A DNA stretch of 64,000 nt, taken from contig JAYYHL010000007.1 of NCBI GenBank assembly GCA_036148435.1, forward strand, positions 52,830 through 116,829, written 5' to 3'. The notes beneath the pieces were generated by a model that did no database searches, was not told the origin of the DNA, and was given only the letters and a program-made list of their open reading frames with translations. The DNA is from Pseudomonadota bacterium. Its GTDB lineage: Bacteria; Pseudomonadota; Gammaproteobacteria; Comchoanobacterales; Comchoanobacteraceae. Below, one piece after another: positions 50,039-62,680 of this stretch; positions within the stretch are counted from its first letter, which is position 1; the number at the start of each line of letters is the position of its first letter. Position numbers and translations under genes: made by a program.

Positions 50039-50996
50039 GCGAAAATTGAAAGTTGTTTTTGCAGGAACCCCTGGGTTCGCTTTGCCCTCTCTCAAGCTTC
50101 TGTACGATGATGACCGGATAGACTTGTTGTGGGTCTATACCCAGCCAGATAAACCCCAGGGTAGGGGGTTGAAACAGCTGCCATCGCCCGTGAAAGAATG
50201 GTGTTTACAAAACTCGGTTACATGTCGACAGCCGACAAGACTTGGCCCTGTCGATGCCCAATTATTGGTTGATCATGCTGTTGATTTTGTGGTGGTGGTC
50301 GCCTTCGGTCAGCTTGTGCCCGATGCCATGCTCAAGGCGGTGTCCATGCGGTGTGTTAACTTGCATGCCTCCCTGCTGCCAAGGTGGAGAGGTGCCTCTC
50401 CTGTCGTATCTGCAATTCTTGCCGGTGATGAACTCATTGGTGTTTCAATCATGCAACTAGAAGCTTCACTAGATGCAGGCCCGGTCTTGGCGCAGTCTTA
50501 CTTTAGAAATGACCAACAGTCAGCTGATGAGTGTTTAACGATTTTATCTGAGGATGGCGCTAAGCTTTTGTTAAAAGTCTTGACTGCATGGGAGATACAC
50601 CTTAAGCACGCCAAGGTACAAGACATATCACAGGTTACGTGGTCTGGGCGTATTGAGAAGCGCCAAGCGGCAATTTCATGGTTGCAGAGCTCAGATCAGG
50701 TATGCCGGCATATTAGGGCCTATAACTCTAACCCTGTTGCATACAGTTGGGTTAATAACTTACGGGTGCGGTTTTTTTCAGCGGTGCCGACCGCTCAAGG
50801 GGCCAATGTGCCGCCTGGAACCCTTGTTTCCACACGCTCAACCGGCCTTTTAGTTGCTTGCGGCGATGGTGCGCTGCTTCGTGTCACAAAGCTACAGTTT
50901 CCTTCCAAGCGAATGCTTGATTTTAATGGAAATCCCAACATGCAAATTCCACAGTATTTAAAAAATATTGAAGAGCAGTGTTTTCATGAAAGGTAA
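50031..50996 (+). CDS. fmt: methionyl-tRNA formyltransferase
   Basis: VVFAGTPGFALPSL and NLHASLLPRWRGASPV. 8-nt overlap with def. Confidence 0.95.
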   Translation: MVRRKLKVVFAGTPGFALPSLKLLYDDDRIDLLWVYTQPDKPQGRGLKQLPSPVKEWCLQNSVTCRQPTRLGPVDAQLLVDHAVDFVVVVAFGQLVPDAMLKAVSMRCVNLHASLLPRWRGASPVVSAILAGDELIGVSIMQLEASLDAGPVLAQSYFRNDQQSADECLTILSEDGAKLLLKVLTAWEIHLKHAKVQDISQVTWSGRIEKRQAAISWLQSSDQVCRHIRAYNSNPVAYSWVNNLRVRFFSAVPTAQGANVPPGTLVSTRSTGLLVACGDGALLRVTKLQFPSKRMLDFNGNPNMQIPQYLKNIEEQCFHER

Positions 50997-51002
50997 ATAA
51001 AT

Positions 51003-51707
51003 ATGTCCTACTTCCCTCCTATCGAATTCACAGAAAAAAAACAGCACACTTGGTTCTTTTTTGTCACGTTGGTGATCAATGTTATTCTGTATGCGTGGTT
51101 GATTGCCTATGAGCCGAAATTTCCCTTGTTGTGTATATTGGGGCTGTGCATTTGCTTTGTAATGGATTTTTTGTTGCCATCTTGGGGTCATCAGTCTTGG
51201 TGGTCGTGTGTGTTTTTAGTGTTGGCGATGATGTTACTGATCAAGGGAACTCTCTTGTGGGTCGTTCTTATTCATGTGGTACTTATTGCTCGAGCGTTCA
51301 CTTTTTCTATATTGCTGTTAAGTTTGTTGTGGGCTAGGCGGACTATAAAGTTAGGGGGGCTGTTGTCTATTTGGTTGTCCTATTTTTTGTTTTGGGTTTC
51401 GGCTGCGCTTCTTGATCGATTGACCTTGACCTTTTTGCCTGAAGCCTTTGCGGGGCCTGCTGTTGAGGGGGGCGACCTGTCTATGTTATCTTTATGGGTT
51501 TCTTATCAGTTTGTAACTGGCTCAACAGTAGGGGATGTTATTCCTGTCCATGCATTGTCTCGATGGCTGCTGATTGCACAGGGATATTTGGGGATGGTCT
51601 ACCAATTTGTAGTTATTGCGCATTATTCGAATATTTTTTGGTCAAATAAGAAGGTTTTAGGCGATAATTCTTCAGTAATTTCTAAAGAAGAAGAGAGTCA
51701 AGGCTGA
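51003..51707 (+). CDS. ion-channel family membrane protein with a two-TM pore module and atypical TVGD filter
   Basis: Four N-terminal TM helices, then SLWVSYQFVTGSTVGDVIPVHALSRWLLIAQGYLGMVYQFVVIA (pore helix, filter and inner helix pattern of the Ion_trans_2 type). Confidence 0.55.
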   Translation: MSYFPPIEFTEKKQHTWFFFVTLVINVILYAWLIAYEPKFPLLCILGLCICFVMDFLLPSWGHQSWWSCVFLVLAMMLLIKGTLLWVVLIHVVLIARAFTFSILLLSLLWARRTIKLGGLLSIWLSYFLFWVSAALLDRLTLTFLPEAFAGPAVEGGDLSMLSLWVSYQFVTGSTVGDVIPVHALSRWLLIAQGYLGMVYQFVVIAHYSNIFWSNKKVLGDNSSVISKEEESQG

Positions 51708-52791
51708 CACTCTCTTTTTTTACAGACCGTGTGTCTCTAACCCATGGTTTTCCTGACTTTAGTGCATTGGGTAGCAGTAGAAGCGCTTCTTTAGATGCCG
51801 CTTGGGATGAAAATGGTGCGAGCAAGATGATGTGGTATTTTTTGCCGTTACGCATAGCTGTGTAGCGCAAGATCTTGTTTTTGAAGGCTTGGGGCACCTG
51901 ATTCATGATCGTGGAGGCTTCGTTGTCCGTTAGTGTCGCGCTAAGTTGTATGGCCCACGATTGGTTCGCTGGAGAAGGAAGGCAACAGTAGCAGCCTATC
52001 CCGATGAGCACAAGCCCCAAAAAAGATGTTGATGGTTTTGAAAAAAGCTTATGTGTTGAAGCTGTATCTGGTGTGTGGGTTTGTTTGTCTGGTTGTGGTC
52101 GGGTAGCAGAGATAGACTTGGCTACTGTTATCAAGGTTTCCCTTAGGTTGCCTGATGAAGACTGGTAGGCCGACCGTGATAGTGTTTGTATTTGCTCATT
52201 GGTTAACTGGTTATGTGTGAGTGCAATGAGGTGTTGCTCGGTATCTCTTAAAGAAAGGCGCTGAAGCTGAATGACATCAACAGGTGTTGATGCGGACAAC
52301 CCTGGGCAAGACGTTGATGAGGACAGAATGGTCCGAATGATGGTTTGTTGTGATTGAATGTCTGTTATTTTTTCAATACACTGAATGGCAGAAGGTGGTA
52401 GACATTCGGCATTGTCTATGATGAGCGTAAGTTGTTGATTGTTTTTATGTGCAGATCGAAGTATTTGAACTAGAGCCTCTTCAATGGCGGCGTGTCTTTT
52501 GGGTTGAATGGACATTTTCAAGCCGATTGCCTTTAAAATATTCAAGGGGGTCAGACCCGCACTTCCTTTAAGATACAAAACAGAATTGCTGTTGCAGACC
52601 CGTTGAAGCAACTTTAATAGCGTTGAGGTGCCACTTCCAGGATGGGATTTGAGCAAAATCAAGCTGGTGTTTTGGTTTAGAGACTGTAATACTTGTTTAT
52701 AACACCTTTTTACCGTGGGTGCTAATGCGGTTTTTGTGAACGGAAGGTGGGCTTTTGTAAGGGGGGGCGGTGGTGAAACAATGCTGCTCAT
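51682..52791 (-). CDS. ExeA-like AAA-fold + TM + C-terminal SPOR domain protein
   Basis: P-loop-like HPGSGTSTLL (Lys replaced by Thr), IIDNAE Walker B-like, TM FLGLVLIGIGCYCCL, and a C-terminal SPOR-like WAIQLSATLTDNEASTIMNQV..YHIILLAPFSSQAASKEAL. ATG 52791 is preferred over TTG 52803. Confidence 0.6.
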   Translation of the reverse strand: MSSIVSPPPPLTKAHLPFTKTALAPTVKRCYKQVLQSLNQNTSLILLKSHPGSGTSTLLKLLQRVCNSNSVLYLKGSAGLTPLNILKAIGLKMSIQPKRHAAIEEALVQILRSAHKNNQQLTLIIDNAECLPPSAIQCIEKITDIQSQQTIIRTILSSSTSCPGLSASTPVDVIQLQRLSLRDTEQHLIALTHNQLTNEQIQTLSRSAYQSSSGNLRETLITVAKSISATRPQPDKQTHTPDTASTHKLFSKPSTSFLGLVLIGIGCYCCLPSPANQSWAIQLSATLTDNEASTIMNQVPQAFKNKILRYTAMRNGKKYHIILLAPFSSQAASKEALLLLPNALKSGKPWVRDTRSVKKESVSLDSLLL

Positions 52792-52979
52792 GGTACATCT
52801 CAAATAAGCGTGTTCATGTTTATTTTATCAGAAACAAACTTGGTTTCAAGGGGGAAGGGGCGGCATTTCCATCTGTTTTAATGTGATTTTTGTGGGAAAT
52901 CAACCAGGCATCATGACGGTCTTTTGTTTGACAGGTGCGTCGGTTTTTGGTAGTTTGTCTAGAAAATATGTGTGCGCTT

Positions 52980-55193
52980 ATGGCTGGCCCGTTAAATATT
53001 GTTGATTTTGCTGAAAAAGCATATCTTGATTATGCTATGTATGTCATTCTGGATAGGGCACTGCCTTGCGTACAAGACGGGCTCAAACCGGTACAGCGAA
53101 GAATTATTTATGCCATGCACTTATTAAAGCTTTCTTGGCAGTCTAAATTCAAAAAGTCCTCAAGAACCGTGGGAGATGTTATTGGCAAGTTTCATCCCCA
53201 TGGGGATGCAGCATGTTATGAGGCAATGGTATTGATGGCTCAGTGGTTTTGTTTCAGATACCCCTTGGTTGATGGGCAAGGAAATTGGGGGGCAATAGAC
53301 GACCCAAAAAGTTTTGCGGCCATGCGTTACACCGAAGCCAGACTGACGCGATTTGCACAGGCCTATTTAAAAGATATTGATGCTGGCGGTGTTAGCTGGG
53401 TGTCAAACTTTGATGGAACATTGAAGGAGCCCTCTCGCTTGCCTGCAATATTGCCTTGTCTGTTATTAAATGGGGCGACTGGTATCGCTGTGGGCATGGT
53501 TACCAATATTCCACCTCACAATGCTTGTGAGATTATTGATGCCTGTGTTCTCTTATTAGAAAACCCAGAGGCTAATGACGGTGCTCTTCTTGATTGTGTT
53601 CCCGCCCCAGACTATCCAACAGGTGGGGTTTGTATTACCCCGCTGCCGCAAATGCGAACGATTTATCAGCGGGGAGAGGGCGCCATTAAGCTGAGGGCCC
53701 GATATACCGTTCAAGGGTGTCAGATTGTTGTGGATGAGCTCCCCTTTAAGGTATCACCCGCAAGGGTCTTTGAACAAGTTGCGGGTTTGATGAAAGAGGG
53801 TATACTTCCTGAAGTCGTTGACTTACATGATCAGTCAGATCATGAATGTCCTTTAAAGATGGTCATACAGTTAAAAAAAGAACATCAGGCGAATGATGTT
53901 GTGGCGGTTTTATTTGAGAAAACAGATATGGAGCATGAGGAGCGGTTCGTGTTCAATGCTATTGACAAGGATCGTGGTCCTCGGTTGTTTTCTTTGGCAG
54001 GGATGATAAGGGCGTGGGTCTCGTTCCGATTGTGTAACGTTTCCGCACAAATGAGGCACCGATTAAATGGCATTGAACACCGTGTACATGTTTTAGACGG
54101 GCTGATACTTGTGTTTGCCCATATAGATGAGATTATTTTATTGATAAGGAATCATGAGAGTCCAGCACCTGTCCTCCAAGAGCGTTTTAACCTAACGGAA
54201 CAGCAAGCGGAGGCTATTCTTGAGATTAAGCTGCGGGCTTTGTCACGTTTGAAGGAGGTTGCGCTGCGTGATGAGCGGTCCTTGTTGAAACAAGAGGCTG
54301 AGTCTATCGCCGCAAAACTAAATAGCCCAGAGGCCCTAAGACAGCATTTAGTTGAGCAGTTGCAAGAGTGCCGCTTGTTGTATGGAGATAAGCGAAGAAC
54401 AAAAGTTGAAGAGGCTGTTGAGCCTCAAAAGAGTCTGCCGTCTCGTGCCTGTGAGCCTGTGACGGTCTTGGTTTCCTCACAAGGATGGGCGAGTGCCAAA
54501 AAAGGCCATAGCGAACTTTGGAATATGACTTACAAACAAGGCGACCAATTGCTTGCTAGGTCTCTGGGGGATTGCCAATCTAAAATATTGATAGCAACCG
54601 CTCAAGGGGTTTTCTTTAGTCTGTCGCCGACGCTGCTGTTAGAAGCAGGCCCTGCAGGCCGGCCGCTAAACCAGTTTCTACAAATGAAGCAGGCTCTGCT
54701 GGTGGCGGCTTTTTTTGAGCGAAGCGACGCGCCGTTTGGTTTAATTGTCACTACTGAAGGTTATGGTTTGCGATGTGTGTTTTCAGATTGTCATGCCCGT
54801 CTGAAAGCAGGGCGTCAGATTATTGTATTGCAGGCCCCGGATACAAATAAAATGTTTCCTCCTATACCGCTGTCACCCCATGAAGATCAAACCTTTTTAG
54901 GGCTATTTACAGAGGCGGGACGGTTGTTGGTGTTGCGAATCAAAGACGTGCCGTTCCAAAAGAAAGGCAAGGGTCGTCGGCTTGTACATTTAGCAACAAC
55001 TGACCGGGGAGGAGATGCTGTTGTGGCATCTGTTGTGCTGACAGATAGGCAGTCACTGTGTGTGGCCTCCGGTAAGCGTCAATTCACATTGGCGCCTTCT
55101 ACATGGTCTGGGTTTGTGTCATCAAAAGGAAAGAAAGGGGCCTTATTGCCTCGAGGTTTTCGTCGGGTTGATGGGGTAACGGTGTTAGACTAA
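52980..55193 (+). CDS. parC: DNA topoisomerase IV subunit A
   Basis: [59 protein letters not shown] and [10 protein letters not shown] (catalytic Tyr). ParC-like rather than GyrA-like (no GyrA box; about 735 aa). Confidence 0.9.
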   Translation: MAGPLNIVDFAEKAYLDYAMYVILDRALPCVQDGLKPVQRRIIYAMHLLKLSWQSKFKKSSRTVGDVIGKFHPHGDAACYEAMVLMAQWFCFRYPLVDGQGNWGAIDDPKSFAAMRYTEARLTRFAQAYLKDIDAGGVSWVSNFDGTLKEPSRLPAILPCLLLNGATGIAVGMVTNIPPHNACEIIDACVLLLENPEANDGALLDCVPAPDYPTGGVCITPLPQMRTIYQRGEGAIKLRARYTVQGCQIVVDELPFKVSPARVFEQVAGLMKEGILPEVVDLHDQSDHECPLKMVIQLKKEHQANDVVAVLFEKTDMEHEERFVFNAIDKDRGPRLFSLAGMIRAWVSFRLCNVSAQMRHRLNGIEHRVHVLDGLILVFAHIDEIILLIRNHESPAPVLQERFNLTEQQAEAILEIKLRALSRLKEVALRDERSLLKQEAESIAAKLNSPEALRQHLVEQLQECRLLYGDKRRTKVEEAVEPQKSLPSRACEPVTVLVSSQGWASAKKGHSELWNMTYKQGDQLLARSLGDCQSKILIATAQGVFFSLSPTLLLEAGPAGRPLNQFLQMKQALLVAAFFERSDAPFGLIVTTEGYGLRCVFSDCHARLKAGRQIIVLQAPDTNKMFPPIPLSPHEDQTFLGLFTEAGRLLVLRIKDVPFQKKGKGRRLVHLATTDRGGDAVVASVVLTDRQSLCVASGKRQFTLAPSTWSGFVSSKGKKGALLPRGFRRVDGVTVLD

Positions 55194-55206
55194 AAAAGGT
55201 ATAAAT

Positions 55207-55992
55207 ATGATTGTTGACTCACATTGCCACCTGAACCTCTTGCCCAATGCCAAGGTGTCAGGCTATCTTGATGAAGTTGTCAAGGCTGCAACTGTGGCCG
55301 GCGTGTCTGAAATGCTGTGTGTTTCGGTGTCACGAAGCGATATAGCATCAGTCGTTGCGCTGGCTGATCGATACCCCTGCGTGGTGGCAAGTGCTGGCAT
55401 CCACCCGTGTGATGCTGATCAAGAGCCCGATGGATGGTGCAGGGTTGTCGAAGCTTCTATTAGCCATAAAAAATTAGTGGCCATTGGCGAGACAGGCTTA
55501 GACTATCGCGAACGGCCTACGCTTAATAAAGAAAGGCAAAAAGAGCTTTTTGCCCAGCAGATAGAGATGGCATTGACTCATGGTAAGCCGGTTATTATCC
55601 ATACTCGTGATGCAGATGAGGATACGATTGCCATCATAAAAGAGGCAGGAAAGTATCAATTGCGTGCTGTTGCTCACTGTTTTACTGGAACGTATGAGTT
55701 TGCATGCCGTTTGTTAGATTTAGGGCTTTATGTCTCCTTTTCCGGTATTATAACGTTTAAAAATGCAGAGTCATTAAGGGCTGTTGCGAGCGCAATGCCC
55801 TCTGATCGTGTGTTGTTGGAGACTGATAGTCCTTATTTAGCGCCTGTGCCATTTAGAGGTAAAACAAACCAGCCTGCTTTTGTAACTCATGTAGGTAGTT
55901 GTTATGCGGAGGCTTGTGGTAAGTCTTATGAGCAGGTCTGTAAAGAAACCACTGATAATTACAGGGCCCTGTTTTATCACGAGGTGGATTAG
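55207..55992 (+). CDS. TatD family metal-dependent hydrolase
   Basis: IVDSHCHL, IGETGLDY, VIIHTRDA and LLETDSPYL. Confidence 0.9.
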   Translation: MIVDSHCHLNLLPNAKVSGYLDEVVKAATVAGVSEMLCVSVSRSDIASVVALADRYPCVVASAGIHPCDADQEPDGWCRVVEASISHKKLVAIGETGLDYRERPTLNKERQKELFAQQIEMALTHGKPVIIHTRDADEDTIAIIKEAGKYQLRAVAHCFTGTYEFACRLLDLGLYVSFSGIITFKNAESLRAVASAMPSDRVLLETDSPYLAPVPFRGKTNQPAFVTHVGSCYAEACGKSYEQVCKETTDNYRALFYHEVD

Positions 55993-56256
55993 ATGTTGGC
56001 CGGTGTTATCACTGCGGTTGTCGTTGTCGTGGCGAACAGGCTTGCGCGTGTGTTTCTTGTTGGTTTGTTTCGTTTTCGTAGAAGGGCACCGGCTCTTTTG
56101 TACTGTGGTTGCGTGCAAGGTGTAAAAATGTTATTATTGGCAGTGTCGTTCATTATAATCTTTGGTTGTTGGCCTGGCAACATGCACTCAGTTTGTCTGG
56201 GGGTTTTGTTGGGAAGCACGTTAAGCACGCTCAGGTTGTTTATTTCAAGTCATTAA
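55993..56256 (+). CDS. small membrane protein upstream of atpB, possibly ATP synthase protein I
   Basis: 87 aa, 2-3 hydrophobic helices. Abuts the tatD stop (TAG ATG) and precedes atpB by 11 nt. Positional inference only. Confidence 0.35.
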   Translation: MLAGVITAVVVVVANRLARVFLVGLFRFRRRAPALLYCGCVQGVKMLLLAVSFIIIFGCWPGNMHSVCLGVLLGSTLSTLRLFISSH

Positions 56257-56267
56257 AGGAGCCCTAA

Positions 56268-57035
56268 ATGGCAACAACAGCATCTGCCTATATCCATCAT
56301 CACTTGCAACACTGGCAGGCAACAGTCCCTGGTGGTTGGGTTATCAACTTAGATACTATTTTGTTGTCCACAGGTTTGGCTGTGTTGTTTTGGCTAATTA
56401 TGCGCATGGTTGTGTTACGTTTTTCCATTGAGAAACCAACCAAAACGCAGATTGTCGTTGAAGAGTTGGTGGTATTTGTGCGACAGCAAGTTGGAGGCAA
56501 CCTTCCTCCAGAACTGTTATCATCCGTTGGAGCTCTTGCGCTTACGGTCTTTGCATGGGTTTTTTTGATGAACTGCATGGACCTAGTTCCTGTTGACTTG
56601 CTGCCTGTGTTAGCGATGGCTTTAGGGAGCGAATACTTTCGACCTGTACCTACTGCTGACCTAAATGTAACGTTTGCCTTATCGATAGGTGTGATGCTGG
56701 TTGTTTATGTGCATGCATTCAGGGCTAACGGCATTTTGGGGTGGCTTAGAGAGACTTTATCGCAACCCTTTGGTTGGTACTTGTTTCCTGTTAATGTTAT
56801 CAAACACCTGATTACGGACTTGGCAAAGGTGATTTCCTTATCGCTAAGGCTTTTTGGAAACCTCTATGGCGGGGAGCTTATTTTTATACTGATTGCCGGG
56901 CTTGTCCCATACGCTCTTCAGGCCGTCCCATACTGGGGCTGGATGACGTTGCATTTATTGATTGTGACTTTACAAGCCTTTATATTTATGATATTAAGTG
57001 TTATCTATATCGCATTGGCTAGACAAGGTCATTAG
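56268..57035 (+). CDS. atpB: F0F1 ATP synthase subunit a
   Basis: LSLRLFGNLYGGELIF (essential Arg), and TLQAFIFMILSVIYI. Confidence 0.96.
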   Translation: MATTASAYIHHHLQHWQATVPGGWVINLDTILLSTGLAVLFWLIMRMVVLRFSIEKPTKTQIVVEELVVFVRQQVGGNLPPELLSSVGALALTVFAWVFLMNCMDLVPVDLLPVLAMALGSEYFRPVPTADLNVTFALSIGVMLVVYVHAFRANGILGWLRETLSQPFGWYLFPVNVIKHLITDLAKVISLSLRLFGNLYGGELIFILIAGLVPYALQAVPYWGWMTLHLLIVTLQAFIFMILSVIYIALARQGH

Positions 57036-57048
57036 TCTTTTGTTTTAG

Positions 57049-57381
<333 letters not shown>

Positions 57382-57402
57382 CTAACGTAAGGGTGAGAAT
57401 AG

Positions 57403-57894
57403 ATGAATGTTAATGCAACGCTGTTTGTAGAGCTTGTACTGTTCTTTTTGTTTTGGTGGGCTGTCCGCTATTTTGTATGGGATCACTTGATTTCGTTTTT
57501 AGACCAGCGGCAAGCATTGATTGATCAGGGCATTAGAGAGGCTGCACAGGCTAAGAGCGCTTTGGAGGAAGTCGGCCGGCTTAAGGCTGAGGCAGAGCTC
57601 AAGGCTAAGGAAGATGCCCGTAGTATTCTTGATGAAGCCAGAGAGGTAGCCAAAGGTATCGTTGCTGAGGCAAAAGAAGCTGCCCGGACGCTTCAGAAAG
57701 CAACAGAAGAATCTCTTGTTGAAGCAGAGAAGCGTGCAAAGAAAGAAGCCCTGGATGGAGTTTCTGATGGTTTGGTAGATATGTGCGTGGCCCTCACCCA
57801 GCGATTGGTGTCGGATAAAATCGTAGGTAGTAAGACAAAGCAAAGAGCTCTCTTAACACAGTATGTTTCTGAGCGAGATGAGCATGGCACATGA
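57403..57894 (+). CDS. atpF: F0F1 ATP synthase subunit b
   Basis: N-terminal TM NATLFVELVLFFLFWWAV followed by a long charged A/E/K-rich helix. Operon position supports the call. Confidence 0.9.
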   Translation: MNVNATLFVELVLFFLFWWAVRYFVWDHLISFLDQRQALIDQGIREAAQAKSALEEVGRLKAEAELKAKEDARSILDEAREVAKGIVAEAKEAARTLQKATEESLVEAEKRAKKEALDGVSDGLVDMCVALTQRLVSDKIVGSKTKQRALLTQYVSERDEHGT

Positions 57895-58423
57895 TCTTGA
57901 GCTGTCTGTTGCTGCCCACTACGCCCAGGTCGCGGCAGACTTGACTGAGAAAGGCTGCGATGGTTGGGATACCGTTTTTGATCTTGTGTGTCAGCTTATG
58001 AAGCACGAGCGCGCTGGTCGGTTGTTTTCTAGTGGAAGGCTCTCTTTTGAAGACCTGTCCGGTTTTTTACCAAAGGGCGTAAGTCCTAGATGCGTAAGGT
58101 TCGTGTGCATCATGTTTCAGAATGGGCGTGCCAGCTTGCTGCCGACTGTATCGGAGCAGTATAAGAAAATCATGGATGTCAAAAGGGGCGTGTGTCGACT
58201 TGACATTTACCTTGCTGCGTCGCAAACGATGACCAAAAAATTACAAGATGAGATAAAGAAAGCTACTGAGCCCTTACATGGTGGCAAGATAGTTGAGCTT
58301 TCTTTTTTGGAGGATCCAAAAATATTAGGCGGTTTCATTGCTGTGTCTGGTTATAGAAAAATAGACGCGTCACTAGCAGGAAAACTGGAGCAGATAAAAA
58401 AGCGTTTAAGGAGGACGTCATGA
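57884..58423 (+). CDS. atpH: F0F1 ATP synthase subunit delta (start uncertain: 57863/57878/57884)
   Basis: Operon position. OSCP-like length. C-terminal [29 protein letters not shown]. Confidence 0.85.
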   Translation: MAHDLELSVAAHYAQVAADLTEKGCDGWDTVFDLVCQLMKHERAGRLFSSGRLSFEDLSGFLPKGVSPRCVRFVCIMFQNGRASLLPTVSEQYKKIMDVKRGVCRLDIYLAASQTMTKKLQDEIKKATEPLHGGKIVELSFLEDPKILGGFIAVSGYRKIDASLAGKLEQIKKRLRRTS

Positions 58424-59976
58424 ATATAGCGCCGTTAGATGCCGATGAAATAAGTCGCGTGCTAGAAGCAAAAATCAAAAATGTGTCGTTTGGTCTTGAA
58501 GTAGATAGTGAAGGAGAGGTGGTCTGCGTTAAAGACGGTGTTCTGCACATTTACGGCCTAACAGATGTTCAGAGTAATGAGCTGATAGATTTGGGTAATA
58601 ATTTATTTGCACTTGCTATGAATCTCGAGTCTCATCATGTCGGGGCTGTTGTGCTTGGTGGATATAGTCATATACAGCAAGGGCACAGGGTCAAAAGAAC
58701 AGGGAAGTTGTTATCAGTTCCTGTTGGCAGGGGATTACTAGGAAGGGTTGTTGATGCATTGGGGCAGCCTGTCGATGGCAAGGGGGCTTTAAGAGATGTT
58801 CAGTTCGATGCTGTTGAAAAAATAGCCCCAGGGGTGATACAAAGAAAGTCTGTCTCAGTTCCATTGCAAACAGGAATAAAGGCTATCGACAGTATGGTTC
58901 CTGTTGGTAGAGGCCAAAGAGAGTTGATTATAGGAGATAGGAAAACAGGAAAAACAACCCTCGGGGTTGACACCATATTGAATCAGAAGGACAGCGGTGT
59001 TTTGTGTGTCTATGTTGCGATTGGTTGCAAGCAATCTTCATTAGCCGAAGTTGTGGAGACCTTAAGAGCTCACGATGCGCTTAAATACACCATAGTCGTC
59101 GCAGCAACAGCATCTGACTATGCCCCCTTGCAGTATCTTGCGCCGTATAGCGGATGTTCAATGGGCGAGTTTTTTCGAGATCGAGGTGAGGATGCTCTTG
59201 TTGTATATGATGATTTAAGTAAGCATGCGGTGGCTTACCGACAAATATCGCTGTTGCTTCGCCGCCCTCCTGGTCGAGAGGCTTTCCCCGGTGATATCTT
59301 TTACCTGCATTCACGTTTGCTAGAGCGCGCAGCTTGTGTCAGTGAATCATACGTTGAGACAATCACAAAAAATAAAGTTAAAGGGCAGTCGGGGTCTCTA
59401 ACAGCGTTGCCTATTATTGAAACACAAGCAGGGGACTTGTCGGCTTTCGTGCCCACTAATGTGATATCCATAACGGATGGCCAGATCTTTCTAGAGGCAG
59501 ATCTCTTCAATTCTGGCGTGAGACCCGCTGTGAACACTGGCTTGTCTGTATCTAGGGTAGGAGGCGCTGCTCAAACATCTATTATAAAGTCGCTTAGCGG
59601 TGGCCTCAGAATTGGTCTTGCTCAGTATAAGGAGGTTGAGGCGTTTGCTCAATTCAGTCAAGATTTGGATCCTGAAACAAAGGCACAACTGCAACATGGA
59701 AAAATGATGGTTGAGATGTTAAAGCAAGGTGTTTCCTCACCTATGAGGGTCTCTGAGATGGCGTGTGTTCTCATGGCCCCCAACTTGGGCTTGGTTGATG
59801 TGCCTGTCAAGAGAACTTCGTTGTTCATTCAAGAAATGCTTACGATACTCAGAACAGAGCATGGTCCTTTGTTGACCGCTTTGGACAAAAACCCCAGTGT
59901 TGATGAGCCTGCAGTACAAGAATTGAAAGAAATCATTAAGAAAATTTTGAAAAATGAAACCGGTGGTTCTAAGTAG
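58420..59976 (+). CDS. atpA: F0F1 ATP synthase subunit alpha
   Basis: [11 protein letters not shown]alker [47 protein letters not shown] overlap with atpH. Confidence 0.97.
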   Translation: MNIAPLDADEISRVLEAKIKNVSFGLEVDSEGEVVCVKDGVLHIYGLTDVQSNELIDLGNNLFALAMNLESHHVGAVVLGGYSHIQQGHRVKRTGKLLSVPVGRGLLGRVVDALGQPVDGKGALRDVQFDAVEKIAPGVIQRKSVSVPLQTGIKAIDSMVPVGRGQRELIIGDRKTGKTTLGVDTILNQKDSGVLCVYVAIGCKQSSLAEVVETLRAHDALKYTIVVAATASDYAPLQYLAPYSGCSMGEFFRDRGEDALVVYDDLSKHAVAYRQISLLLRRPPGREAFPGDIFYLHSRLLERAACVSESYVETITKNKVKGQSGSLTALPIIETQAGDLSAFVPTNVISITDGQIFLEADLFNSGVRPAVNTGLSVSRVGGAAQTSIIKSLSGGLRIGLAQYKEVEAFAQFSQDLDPETKAQLQHGKMMVEMLKQGVSSPMRVSEMACVLMAPNLGLVDVPVKRTSLFIQEMLTILRTEHGPLLTALDKNPSVDEPAVQELKEIIKKILKNETGGSK

Positions 59977-60837
59977 ATGAGTAAGCTGATACACATAAGG
60001 AAAAAACTGGCCACGACACAGGAAGTGGGGCGGGTAACCAATGCTATGCAGTTGGTGTCAGCGAGCCGGTTTCATCAGTCTTTTATCAAAATGAAAAAAA
60101 GCCGTCCGTTTGTATCCTCGATTGTTGATATGCTGGCTTCTTTAGATCATGGCGCCATGAGCGATTTGAACCACCCTTACTTGACGACAACAAATAAAGC
60201 GAGAAAGCCTGGTATTATTGTTGTGGGAACGCAAAAAGGACTTTGTGGCAGTTTAAATCAACGTCTTGTGAAGTTTGTATTAAGTCAAGCGTGGTATCGG
60301 GCGGGTGAAGGGCCTTTGTTCTGGTCTTACGGTGAGAAGATGCGGCACGTTTTAGATGCTGTAGGTATTAAAGTGGCTGGCTATTGTAACGAAGAGGTTG
60401 GGGGGGAGAATTTTTTTGAGGTGTTATTTGACGCTATGAGCCAATATCGTGATGGAAGTATCAACCGTTTGTATGTTTGTTACAACACTTATGTATCAGC
60501 CATGGTACAGGAGCCTCAAACCGTTCAGCTGTTACCTGTGCCAATGATGCAGGAGCAAAACAAACAAGCTGGGCAGTTGAACCATTTATTCTTAACAGAG
60601 CCGAGTCTGTATGATGTGGTTGAGTGGCTGATTACACAGTTCCTTCGTTCGGTGTTTTACCAGGCGGTGCTTGAAGGTTGTGCCTCTGAACACGCCGCTC
60701 GTATGGTTGCAATGAAAACCGCTACAGACAATGCTAACCGTGTTGTGGAACAGACCATGTTGCTTTATAATAATGTCCGACAATCATTGATAACCAGTGA
60801 GCTCATAGATATTGTTTCTGGCTCAGAAGCGGTGTAG
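59977..60837 (+). CDS. atpG: F0F1 ATP synthase subunit gamma
   Basis: IRKKLATTQEVGRVTNAMQLVSASR N-terminus and the C-terminal ITSELIDIVSGSEAV. Confidence 0.95.
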   Translation: MSKLIHIRKKLATTQEVGRVTNAMQLVSASRFHQSFIKMKKSRPFVSSIVDMLASLDHGAMSDLNHPYLTTTNKARKPGIIVVGTQKGLCGSLNQRLVKFVLSQAWYRAGEGPLFWSYGEKMRHVLDAVGIKVAGYCNEEVGGENFFEVLFDAMSQYRDGSINRLYVCYNTYVSAMVQEPQTVQLLPVPMMQEQNKQAGQLNHLFLTEPSLYDVVEWLITQFLRSVFYQAVLEGCASEHAARMVAMKTATDNANRVVEQTMLLYNNVRQSLITSELIDIVSGSEAV

Positions 60838-62678
<1,841 letters not shown>

Positions 62679-62680
62679 CC

